This document shows, in pieces, positions 9,985 through 18,453 of a DNA stretch of 44,664 nt. This stretch comes from an uncultured Desulfobacteraceae bacterium (GTDB taxonomy: Bacteria; Desulfobacterota; Desulfobacteria; Desulfobacterales; CAZHA01). Within the stretch, counting starts at the first letter, position 1, and every line of letters starts with the position of its first letter. A program made the position numbers and the translations under genes. The DNA is taken from contig CAZNFS010000004.1 in assembly GCA_964572695.1 (NCBI GenBank), positions 1 through 44,664 of the forward strand, in the 5' to 3' direction. Under the pieces are notes generated by a model. The model did no database searches. It had not been told where the DNA came from and saw only the letters and a list, made by a program, of their open reading frames with translations.

Positions 9985-11364
9985 ATGGATGCTCAAATTA
10001 AACAAGCGCTCATCGATATCGTTGGGGAGGAGAATTTCAGTGATTCGATAATCGATCTGGTATCTTATTCATATGATGCCTCCGTGCATGAACACCGCCC
10101 CGTTGCCGCCGTATGGCCCCTCAACACGGAGCAGGTTTCAGAGATCCTAAAGCTGGCAAACGCAAAACAGATCCCGGTCACTCCCCGCGGGGCGGGCACC
10201 GGCCTGACCGGTCTGGCGGTGCCGGCGCAGGGGGGGATCGTTATGGATATGGTCCGGATGAATAAAATCATGCGGATCAGTATCGAGGATCGCCAGGCCG
10301 TGGTCCAGCCAGGCGTTGTTTACCAGGATCTGCAGAAAGCGCTGGCACCTTTCAACTTTTTTTTCCCACCCGATCCCGCCAGCGGAAAAGTATCTACCCT
10401 TGGCGGCAATGTCGCTACCAATGCCGGCGGAGTTAAAGGCGCCAAGTACGGTGTAACCAAGGATTATGTCCTCGGGCTGGAGGTTGTGATGGCAGATGGG
10501 CAAATCATGCGCACAGGGTCCAAATGCATGAAATCGGTATCCGGTTATGACCTGACCCGGCTGTTTGTCGGATCGGAAGGTACCCTGGGTGTGGTTACTG
10601 AAATTACGCTTAAGGTCAACCCCAAACCCACCGCCGTCGCCACCGCCATCGCCACTTTCCCCAGCATTGAAGACGCCGGTCGCGCCGTTACCGCCATCAT
10701 GCACTCCGGGGTCATTCCAAGCGTGTGCGAAGTCCTGGACGGCAAGACGATCAAGCTGCTTCAGGAACACACGGACAGTGAAATCCCAGACGGGGAGGCA
10801 ATGATACTGGTCGAGTGCGATGCACTCACCAAAACCGAGGCGGACTATCAAATGGGCAAGGCCATAGAAGTGTTTGAGTCCAATAATTCACTTTTGATTC
10901 AACAGGCCGGAAATGAGAAGGAAGCCGAAGCCCTATGGGAAGGACGCAAGGCGCTGTACGGTACCATGCATCATGTGATGCCGCGTTTGGTCGTCGAAGA
11001 TGTGACGGTTCCCATGAGTAAAATTGCCGAAGTTCTAAAGGGGGTCGAACAAATCGGCCAAAAGCATGGCGTCAATATTATCAATTTCGGACATGCCGGG
11101 GATGGGAACCTCCATCCCAATATCATGTTTAAGGGCGATTCGCCGGAAGAACTGGAGCGGGTGGACAAAGCCGCAGCGGATATTTTTGCCCTGGCAACGG
11201 AGCTGGGTGGAACCCTGACGGGAGAACATGGCATCGGACTGGCCAAGGCACCCTTTATGCCGCTGGAGCATGATCCGGTGGCCCTAAAGGTGATGCTGGG
11301 AATCAAAAATATGTTCGATCCGAACCATATCCTCAACCCCGGTAAAATGGGACTCGTACCCTAA
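9985..11364 (+). CDS. FAD-linked 2-hydroxy-acid oxidoreductase (GlcD / lactate dehydrogenase-like)
   Basis: 'PRGAGTGLTG', 'PPDPAS', 'TLGGNVATNAGG', 'GSEGTLG', 'GHAGDGNLH', 'TGEHGIG', 'LNPGK'. Confidence 0.92.
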   Translation: MDAQIKQALIDIVGEENFSDSIIDLVSYSYDASVHEHRPVAAVWPLNTEQVSEILKLANAKQIPVTPRGAGTGLTGLAVPAQGGIVMDMVRMNKIMRISIEDRQAVVQPGVVYQDLQKALAPFNFFFPPDPASGKVSTLGGNVATNAGGVKGAKYGVTKDYVLGLEVVMADGQIMRTGSKCMKSVSGYDLTRLFVGSEGTLGVVTEITLKVNPKPTAVATAIATFPSIEDAGRAVTAIMHSGVIPSVCEVLDGKTIKLLQEHTDSEIPDGEAMILVECDALTKTEADYQMGKAIEVFESNNSLLIQQAGNEKEAEALWEGRKALYGTMHHVMPRLVVEDVTVPMSKIAEVLKGVEQIGQKHGVNIINFGHAGDGNLHPNIMFKGDSPEELERVDKAAADIFALATELGGTLTGEHGIGLAKAPFMPLEHDPVALKVMLGIKNMFDPNHILNPGKMGLVP

Positions 11365-11419
11365 CTGAGCGGAAGTTCAGGCTGCCCAGGATCAAAGACG
11401 TTGCTGTAAACATTTTAAA

Positions 11420-12316
11420 ATGAAGATCGCCCTCATAGCCAAGCCGATTTCAGGCCGTAAAGACGTTGAAGACCAGATCGCCTCGGTTGAGAGAGAATTG
11501 CGTATCCGCAACATTCGCTGCGATATTTTTAAAACCGCCCATCATGCGCACGCCATCGAACTTGCCAAAAACCTGGATCTCAAAGAATATGACGCCGTTG
11601 TTGCGATGGGAGGCGATGGAACCAACTATCATGTCCTAAACGGGCTCATCAAGTACCATCCGGAAGAAGATCTGCCGCCACTGGGGATTATTCCCATCGG
11701 TCGCGGGAATTCGTTTGCCCGGGATTTGCAGATCGAATCGCTGCAGGACGGGGTCAACGCTGTCGTCGGGCAGAAGACCGTGCCCGTGGATGTGTGCCGG
11801 TTTACACAGGAGCGAGAACCATTTTACTTCGTTAACCTGATGGGTTTCGGATTTGTTACCGATGCGGCTAAAACAGCCGCTCACTTCAGCCGGACGGGCG
11901 ATTTCAGTTATGTCATCGGGGTCCTGCACCGCACCCTTTGGCTGACTTTTCACAGCATGGAGCTAACAATCGATGGCATCGAATACGGCGGTCATAATTG
12001 CTTTGTGGAGTTTTGCAATTCCAGATATACAGGGGGCGATATGCTCATGGCGCCGGAAGCGTGCATCAATGACGGATATTTCGATGTCGTAATACTCGGC
12101 CCCCTGAGTCGCTGGAGTCTGCTCACCACCTTTCCCAAAATCTTTAAAGGAACCCATGCTGAAAACCCGGCCGTAAGGTTTATTAAGGCAAAATCGGCAA
12201 CCGTGCGCACCGATCCCCCCAAAATACTCCTTCCCGACGGCGAAATTTTCGGCACAACCCCCACGCATATTGAGAGTGAACCCGGGCGGGTGCGCTATTT
12301 AAAACTCAACCCCTGA
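11420..12316 (+). CDS. Diacylglycerol kinase-family lipid kinase (YegS/DagK-like)
   Basis: 'GGDGT', 'IIPIGRGNSFAR', 'NSRYTGG', 'DGE'. Confidence 0.9.
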   Translation: MKIALIAKPISGRKDVEDQIASVERELRIRNIRCDIFKTAHHAHAIELAKNLDLKEYDAVVAMGGDGTNYHVLNGLIKYHPEEDLPPLGIIPIGRGNSFARDLQIESLQDGVNAVVGQKTVPVDVCRFTQEREPFYFVNLMGFGFVTDAAKTAAHFSRTGDFSYVIGVLHRTLWLTFHSMELTIDGIEYGGHNCFVEFCNSRYTGGDMLMAPEACINDGYFDVVILGPLSRWSLLTTFPKIFKGTHAENPAVRFIKAKSATVRTDPPKILLPDGEIFGTTPTHIESEPGRVRYLKLNP

Positions 12317-12397
12317 GCGAAGACCACCCGACATACCCTTTCCCGGCAAAACAGATGCATTTTCCAATTTGATATGATAAAATGATTCCGCAACGAA

Positions 12398-13186
12398 ATG
12401 AAAACTCAAACTCAAACTCAAACTCAAACTCAAACGTATATCACTGTTTTTGGCCTGGCGCTTTTTCTGCTCCTGAGCCCTTTGGGTCCTGTCCGGGAGT
12501 GCCGGGCGGATACTGCTGCAGACCGACAGATCTATGCCGACTTGCTCAAAAAATATGTAATGCAGGGACGGGTCGACTACCGGGGGTTTAAAACCGAAGA
12601 GCAGCGTCTGGATCGCTATCTCAAAACCCTTGAAAAGACCGCTAGCGGGAAATTGTCCCGCAAAGAAGCGTTTGCCTTCTACATCAATGTCTATAATGCC
12701 TGGACGGTCAAATTGATTTTAACCGGTTATCCGGGAATCAAGTCGATAAAGGACTTGGGAAGCCTGTTTAAATCCCCCTGGAAAAAAAAGATTTGCCGCA
12801 TCGATGGGACCATACTGACGCTGGATTATATCGAACATGAAATCCTCAGACCCCGGTTCAAAGATCCGCGCGTCCATTTTGCCATTAATTGTGCGGCCGC
12901 AAGCTGCCCGCCGCTGCGGCCCCAACCGTATGAGGGCGAAACTCTGGAGCGGCAGTTAAACGATTCTGCGCAAGCGTTTATCAATGATCCGGAACGCAAC
13001 TACCTGGAGGGCAACACACTTTATGTAAGCAAGATATTTAAATGGTTTGCAGCGGACTTCAATAACGGTGTGGTCGGTTTTTTCATCAAATATGCCCAAA
13101 ACGATTTCAAGCAGCGGCTGGAAGCCCTGAAAGGTAAGATCAAGGTCAAATATCTGCATTATGACTGGTCTTTGAATGGCACTTAG
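12398..13186 (+). CDS. DUF547 family exported protein
   Basis: Signal-like hydrophobic segment, 'AFYINVYNA', 'IEHEILR', 'DPRVHFAINCAAASCPPL', 'SKIFKWF', 'YDWSLN'. Confidence 0.9.
   Translation: MKTQTQTQTQTQTYITVFGLALFLLLSPLGPVRECRADTAADRQIYADLLKKYVMQGRVDYRGFKTEEQRLDRYLKTLEKTASGKLSRKEAFAFYINVYNAWTVKLILTGYPGIKSIKDLGSLFKSPWKKKICRIDGTILTLDYIEHEILRPRFKDPRVHFAINCAAASCPPLRPQPYEGETLERQLNDSAQAFINDPERNYLEGNTLYVSKIFKWFAADFNNGVVGFFIKYAQNDFKQRLEALKGKIKVKYLHYDWSLNGT
12402..12435 (+). repeat. Hexanucleotide tandem repeat (AAACTC)x5.7
   Basis: Read directly. Encodes TQTQTQTQTQT in the N-region of the DUF547 protein. Confidence 0.95.
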
Positions 13187-13356
13187 ATTTTGATGGCGTC
13201 GTAAAAAGTCCCATCTACTGCGTTGTAGTATTTTTTCAGACACTCGGCATACTACATGTATAGCCTCGTTCCTGAAAAAACACTACGCCTTGTATATGAA
13301 CCTTTTTACTTAGCCATCTATCGTTGAATTCGCGACTTTTTACTAGATCATCAAAT
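13187..13356. mobile_element. MITE-like non-autonomous element with imperfect terminal inverted repeats and a long internal palindrome
   Basis: Left end TTTGATGGCGTCGTAAAAAGTC and right end GACTTTTTACTAGATCATCAAA are inverted. An internal fold-back is centred on TACATGTA (13253-13260). Confidence 0.7.
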
Positions 13357-13392
13357 TTTATCTCAGAAAATTTAAATTAAGAGGATGTTGAC

Positions 13393-14856
13393 GTGGCAAA
13401 CTATGAGTATGATATCGGGATTATCGGCGGCGGCGCCGCAGGGCTGACGATCGCCTCCGGTGCGGCCCAACTGGGTGCCAAAACGCTTCTGGTCGAGAAA
13501 GAAAAGAAGCTGGGGGGCGACTGCCTTCATTTCGGGTGTGTCCCCAGCAAGACCCTTATAAAGACGGCCCATGTATATCATATGATGAAAAGCAGCCAGA
13601 CATTCGGGCTTCCTCCGATTACGGTGCCGGCGGTCGATTTTCAAAAGGTATCTCAACGGATCAGGTCCGTCGTCGACATCATACAGAAACACGATTCGGA
13701 AGAAAGGTTTTGTGATCTGGGGGCCATGGTGAAATTCGGCCAGGCATCGTTTATCGATGGACACAGCATCGGTTTAGACGGTAAAACCTATTCCGCCAGA
13801 GCATGGGTCATCGCCTCGGGCTCTTCTACGGTCGTTCCCCCCATAAAGGGGCTGGATCAGACACCCTATATCACCAACAAGGAGATTTTTTATCTGGACC
13901 ATTTACCCAAATCGATGATCATCCTCGGCGGTGGTCCCATCGGGACGGAAATGGGCCAGGCGTTTTGCCGTTTGGGCACGGCGGTAAGCATCGTGGATCG
14001 GAGTGAACAGATTTTGGGGAAGGAAGACCCCGATATGGCTGATGCGGTTAAAAATGTACTGCAATCCGAAGGGGTCGAATTCCATTTGGGCGCCTCGATC
14101 GAGGCCGTAAAGGATCTCGGCCGTGAAAAGGAAGTGCTTATAAAGGACAGGACCGGCAAGACCGTCGGGCTGAAGGGGGAGACAATCCTGGTTGCCATTG
14201 GAAGAAGACCCAATGTGGGTGGTTTGGGGCTTGAAGATATCGACGTTGAAATGGAAAGAAGCGGCATAAACGTGGACAACCGCTTGCGAACCAATCACAA
14301 GCATATTTACGCGGCCGGGGATGTCAATGGGCGGTTTCAGTTTACGCATGCGGCCGGTTATGAGGGGGGCATCGTCATCAGCAATGCAATTTTTCGCCTC
14401 CCGCGCAAAACCGACTACACTTTCCTGCCCTGGTGCACCTACTGCGATCCGGAGCTGGCCAGTATCGGCATGAACGAAAGGGGTGCCAAAGAAGCCGGGA
14501 TTGACTATTCGGTGTGGAGCGAGCCCTTCAAGGACAACGATCGCAGCCTGGCAGAAGGTCAAGGTGTCGGCCTAATCAAAATGATACTGGATGAAAAGGA
14601 AAAGCCGATCGGGGTACAGATACTGGGGCCCCGAGCCGGAGATCTGATCAGTGAGTGGGTTGCCGCTTTAAACGGCAAGGTCAAGCTCTCCACCCTGGCG
14701 GCGGCCGTTCACCCCTATCCGACCATCGCCGAAATGAATAAGAAAGTTGCCGGGACCTTTTTTTCTACCAAAATATTCTCCGAAAGGGTCAAAAAAGGCC
14801 TGAAATTCTTTTTTCATCTGAAAGGGAGAGCCTGCGGCCCCCAAGAGTGCAGCTAA
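13393..14856 (+). CDS. Pyridine nucleotide-disulfide oxidoreductase (MerA/Lpd family)
   Basis: 'IGGGAAG', redox-active 'GGDCLHFGCVPSK', 'GGGPIGTE', 'YAAGDV', 'HPYPT'. GTG start with GAGG RBS. Confidence 0.9.
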   Translation: MANYEYDIGIIGGGAAGLTIASGAAQLGAKTLLVEKEKKLGGDCLHFGCVPSKTLIKTAHVYHMMKSSQTFGLPPITVPAVDFQKVSQRIRSVVDIIQKHDSEERFCDLGAMVKFGQASFIDGHSIGLDGKTYSARAWVIASGSSTVVPPIKGLDQTPYITNKEIFYLDHLPKSMIILGGGPIGTEMGQAFCRLGTAVSIVDRSEQILGKEDPDMADAVKNVLQSEGVEFHLGASIEAVKDLGREKEVLIKDRTGKTVGLKGETILVAIGRRPNVGGLGLEDIDVEMERSGINVDNRLRTNHKHIYAAGDVNGRFQFTHAAGYEGGIVISNAIFRLPRKTDYTFLPWCTYCDPELASIGMNERGAKEAGIDYSVWSEPFKDNDRSLAEGQGVGLIKMILDEKEKPIGVQILGPRAGDLISEWVAALNGKVKLSTLAAAVHPYPTIAEMNKKVAGTFFSTKIFSERVKKGLKFFFHLKGRACGPQECS

Positions 14857-14910
14857 AAACGCACCCAAAAAGCGCAGCAACTTCACAGTTTGGAAAGGGT
14901 GGTTACTCAG

Positions 14911-16668
14911 ATGGCCGGTAACAGCGATAAAGACAATCATCTCTTGAGCGATCAAAGCCGCTACCGGGAGTATCTCGGCCCGTTTTTACAAAAAGTGAAC
15001 AACGTATTGCAGGACACGGCCGACCAAAACATTGTCGGCCGGATCTGGGATCACGACCATACCGTATGGAAGGATGATTCCGCCGAAATCAGCAACCGGC
15101 TGGGGTGGCTGCATAGTCCCGAGGTGATGACCGGGGCCGTTGAAGCGATCAACGCTTTCACAAATGAAATTCGTCAAAGCGGGTACACCCAGGCCTTGCT
15201 ATTGGGGATGGGCGGCTCCAGCCTGGCGGCGGAAGTTTTTCGGTTTACGTTCGGGGTCAAAGACGGGTATTTGGATCTGGCCGTCCTGGACAGCACCGAT
15301 CCGGGAGCGGTTGGAGAAAAGGCAGCTGCTTTTGATCCCCGCAAAACCCTCTATATTGTTTCCACCAAATCGGGTACGACCGTCGAGACGCTTTCCTTCC
15401 TGAATTTTTTTTACAATGCCGCGCTTAACACCATGGGTGCCGATGAGACCGGAGCGCATTTTATCGCCATCACCGATCCCGGAAGCCGTCTTGAGACGAT
15501 GGGTCACGAACTGAAATTTCGGAAAATCTTTTTGAATGACCCGCACATCGGGGGCCGTTATTCGGCGCTATCGTATTTTGGCCTTGTCCCTGCGGCCCTC
15601 ATCGGGATGGATATTGGACTGATTCTGGAGCGGGCGGCCGCGATGGTCCAAAATAGCGTTCGTCGCAGCAATTCGGCCGTTGAGGACAACACGGCCGCCC
15701 GATTGGGCGCAATCATGGCAGAGCTGGCTGCCGCCGGGCGCGACAAGCTCACACTGATCACCTCACCGCCACTATCATTTTTTGGAGCCTGGCTGGAACA
15801 ATTGATTGCCGAAAGTACCGGTAAGGAAAATAAAGGCATACTCCCTGTCGTTGGTGAAACTTCAGGAGCACTGGTCAAAGACGGCAACGACCGCTTGTTT
15901 GTTTACTTACGCCTCAAAGGGGATCGTACCCACGACTCCGACGTGCAAGTCCTAAAGGATTGCAGAGAACCGCTGATTCAGCTAAATTTGCGCGATACTT
16001 ACGATTTGGGCACTGAATTTTTTCGTTGGGAAATGGCCACGGCCATCGCAGGGAGCCGCATGGGCATAAATCCTTTTGAGCAGCCCAACGTGGAATCCGC
16101 CAAACTGCGGGCACGCGAAATGGTGGCCGCATATAAGGCCGAAGGGACCTTGCCGCAATTGGCGCCGGCGTTTGAAGAAGACGGAATAAAGGTCTATACA
16201 GATTTAGCTCCAAGGAATCTGGCGCAATTATGTTCCCGGTTTTTGGCAGCGTCCCGCCCCGGCCAAAAAGAATCCAAAGCGCGACGTTATGTTGCGCTTC
16301 AGGCGTGGTTAAGACCGAGCCATGAGACCGACGCGGCTCTGCAAGAGCTGCGCACGAAAATAAATGAATCCTACGGCCTGGCGGTCACGGTCGGGTACGG
16401 CCCCCGGTTTCTGCATTCCACCGGACAGCTTCACAAAGGGGATGCGGGGCAGGGATTGTTTATTCAGCTCACGGCGGAAATGGCGCCTGATTTGCCCATT
16501 CCGGATCGGGCCGGAAGCGATATTTTCGGTGTGACCTTCGGTGTGTTAAAAGAGGCCCAGGCGCTCGGGGATCGCAAGGCTTTGATAGATGCCAACCGTC
16601 AGGTGATTCGTTTCCATCTGGGAAGGGATGTCACCGGGGCGATCAAGAGATTGACGGCAGCGATTTAG
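14911..16668 (+). CDS. Glucose-6-phosphate isomerase (stand-alone version of the Tal-PGI-type PGI domain)
   Basis: 'RLGWL', 'GMGGSSL', 'STKSGTTVE', 'TDPGS', 'GGRYSALS', 'EQLIAESTGK', 'QPNVESAK', 'GPRFLHSTGQLHKG'. Start may be 14890 (TTG) or 14911 (ATG). Confidence 0.85.
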   Translation: MAGNSDKDNHLLSDQSRYREYLGPFLQKVNNVLQDTADQNIVGRIWDHDHTVWKDDSAEISNRLGWLHSPEVMTGAVEAINAFTNEIRQSGYTQALLLGMGGSSLAAEVFRFTFGVKDGYLDLAVLDSTDPGAVGEKAAAFDPRKTLYIVSTKSGTTVETLSFLNFFYNAALNTMGADETGAHFIAITDPGSRLETMGHELKFRKIFLNDPHIGGRYSALSYFGLVPAALIGMDIGLILERAAAMVQNSVRRSNSAVEDNTAARLGAIMAELAAAGRDKLTLITSPPLSFFGAWLEQLIAESTGKENKGILPVVGETSGALVKDGNDRLFVYLRLKGDRTHDSDVQVLKDCREPLIQLNLRDTYDLGTEFFRWEMATAIAGSRMGINPFEQPNVESAKLRAREMVAAYKAEGTLPQLAPAFEEDGIKVYTDLAPRNLAQLCSRFLAASRPGQKESKARRYVALQAWLRPSHETDAALQELRTKINESYGLAVTVGYGPRFLHSTGQLHKGDAGQGLFIQLTAEMAPDLPIPDRAGSDIFGVTFGVLKEAQALGDRKALIDANRQVIRFHLGRDVTGAIKRLTAAI

Positions 16669-16722
16669 TGTCCATCCATAAATGGTCTTTTCTGATCTTT
16701 TTGAAAAAAAGCTGGAAAAAGC

Positions 16723-16770
16723 TTGACAAGTCTTTTGGGTGCGGTATATTAATCGTAAAAATACGATTAA
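16723..16770 (+). promoter_or_regulatory. arsR promoter with overlapping palindromic operator
   Basis: TTGACA at 16723-16728, TATATT at 16745-16750, and a perfect inverted repeat TTAATCGTA-aaaa-TACGATTAA at 16749-16770. Confidence 0.8.
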
Positions 16771-16783
16771 AGGATTTACGACA

Positions 16784-17110
16784 ATGCCACACCTTAATAC
16801 AATCATCCCGACCGCCTGCTGCACTTTAGAAATTACGGGGGCTGAACAGGACCGACTGGTAGCCATGTTCAAAGCCATTGGAAACCCCACCCGCTTTGAG
16901 ATCATAAAATTCCTCGTTACCCATCCCGGCTGTATGACCGGTCATATTGTGGATCATTTACCCATCGCCCAGGCCACCGTTTCACAGCACCTCAAGGTCT
17001 TAAAAGATGCAGGTTTGATATCGGGTGAAATCGATGGAACATCGACCTGTTATCAGTTGAACGAAGAGATGATTGTTTGGTTTAGATCCGTGATAGAGGA
17101 AATTTTTTAG
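16784..17110 (+). CDS. ArsR/SmtB family transcriptional repressor
   Basis: 'FKAIGNPTRFEII', 'IAQATVSQHLKVLKDAGLI'. N-terminal CC pair and 'HPGC'. ATG 16784 is preferred because the track's GTG start lies inside the promoter. Confidence 0.92.
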   Translation: MPHLNTIIPTACCTLEITGAEQDRLVAMFKAIGNPTRFEIIKFLVTHPGCMTGHIVDHLPIAQATVSQHLKVLKDAGLISGEIDGTSTCYQLNEEMIVWFRSVIEEIF

Positions 17111-17130
17111 ATATACAGGCAAACCGAAAG

Positions 17131-17161
17131 TCGCTGTCCGCGATCTGGCAGCGATTTTTTT
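17131..17161 (+). terminator. Intrinsic terminator-like hairpin after arsR
   Basis: TCGCTGTC...GGCAGCGA stem followed by T7. Confidence 0.6.
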
Positions 17162-17170
17162 GGAATCTAA

Positions 17171-17188
17171 TAATCGTAAAAATACGAT
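17171..17188 (+). promoter_or_regulatory. Second copy of the ArsR operator, upstream of the permease
   Basis: TAATCGTAAAAATACGAT is identical to 16750-16767 and lies just upstream of the GAGGAGG RBS. Confidence 0.8.
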
Positions 17189-17208
17189 AAAAAGAGGAGG
17201 AATATTAA

Positions 17209-18327
17209 ATGATAGAGCAGGTTTTGAGAATAAGTGAATTTATCATGAATGCTTTTTTACATATTTGGCCGTATTTGTTGGTGACGATTCCCCTTGCGGT
17301 GGCGGTTCAAATGTCGGGTGCATCAAAATACATCAAGCGTGCATTTGTGGGGCGGCCCCTGACGGCCATTTTGATGGCCACAGCGGTCGGTGCTTTTAGC
17401 CCCTTTTGTTCCTGCGGCGTCATTCCGGTAATCGCCGCGCTTCTGATCAGCGGCGTACCGTTGGCGCCGGTCATGTCGTTTTGGATCGCATCTCCTTCCA
17501 TGGATCCGGAGATCTTTTTTTTAAGTGTCGGTACCATCGGCTGGAATTTGGCAGTATGGCGCCTGTCGGCGACCCTGGTGTTGAGCCTTGGTGCCGGCTT
17601 TATCACGCATTTGATGGTGCAGAAAAAATGGATCGGCCAGGAAGTATTACGTAAGCGAAAAATTGATGCTCAGCTGAAAACTTCATTTTCCATTCAAAAA
17701 ACCTGGCAGGGACTCAAGCACCGTCTGGAAGAGATGGAATTGTCCCGCTTTGTGCCCGGCCATGCATCCCGAGCCCCTGTGGCGGCTTGCTGCAATGGGA
17801 CCCAAACGGTTTTAGCCGATATAAAGCCGGTTCCCCGTGCGGTATTGGCTCCAATACTTCCCAATCGCAGCAGCGCTGATCCGCCCAAAGAAAGCTCTGG
17901 CTGCGGTGCCGAAACCACCTCTTTCTGGCATCGATTGTTCAAAGAATCTTTTAGCGCCACCCGGATGGTGGTCAAGTTTATGCTTTTGGCTTTTTTCCTG
18001 GAGGCGCTGATTATTCTTTATATCCCCTCAGAGTGGATCGTCGGTTTACTGGGGCAGGAAAATCAATGGGCCATACTCATGGCCGCTTTGCTGGGTGTGC
18101 CGACCTATACCAGCAATCTCGCAGCGCTGCCGATGATGAGTGGGCTTCTGGCACAGGGAATGAATCCGGCGGCGGCACTTGCTTTTCTCATTGCCGGGCC
18201 GACCACGACCCTGCCGGCCATGGCGGCCGTGTGGTCGCTGGTCTCGCACCGGGTTTTTGGGCTATATGTTTCCTTCTCATTGGTGGGTGCAATTGTGTTG
18301 GGTTATGCAAAACTCATTTTAGGATAG
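17209..18327 (+). CDS. ArsP/DUF318 family permease
   Basis: Multi-TM protein with 'SPFCSCGVIP', 'FWIASP', 'AFLIAGP'. Directly downstream of ArsR. Confidence 0.85.
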   Translation: MIEQVLRISEFIMNAFLHIWPYLLVTIPLAVAVQMSGASKYIKRAFVGRPLTAILMATAVGAFSPFCSCGVIPVIAALLISGVPLAPVMSFWIASPSMDPEIFFLSVGTIGWNLAVWRLSATLVLSLGAGFITHLMVQKKWIGQEVLRKRKIDAQLKTSFSIQKTWQGLKHRLEEMELSRFVPGHASRAPVAACCNGTQTVLADIKPVPRAVLAPILPNRSSADPPKESSGCGAETTSFWHRLFKESFSATRMVVKFMLLAFFLEALIILYIPSEWIVGLLGQENQWAILMAALLGVPTYTSNLAALPMMSGLLAQGMNPAAALAFLIAGPTTTLPAMAAVWSLVSHRVFGLYVSFSLVGAIVLGYAKLILG

Positions 18328-18368
18328 ATCTTCAGCTTCAGAAACTGTGAAGCCTCTCAATATGTCTC

Positions 18369-18408
18369 TATTTGGCGGATTTGCCGCTTCCGGCATTTCC
18401 GCCAAATA
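18369..18408. terminator. Hairpin between the convergent permease and cyclase genes
   Basis: TATTTGGCGGA-tt-TGCCG-cttc-CGGCA-tt-TCCGCCAAATA. Confidence 0.7.
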
Positions 18409-18453
18409 ATCCGTAACCGTCAGCTCCGCACTTTTCCAGCACTCTGATTCTGA

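Noticed and set aside
13393-14856. Calling the flavoprotein merA or lpdA
   Set aside because: It has no vicinal C-terminal Cys pair or mer genes, and no E1/E2 or glycine cleavage neighbours, so only a family-level call is made.
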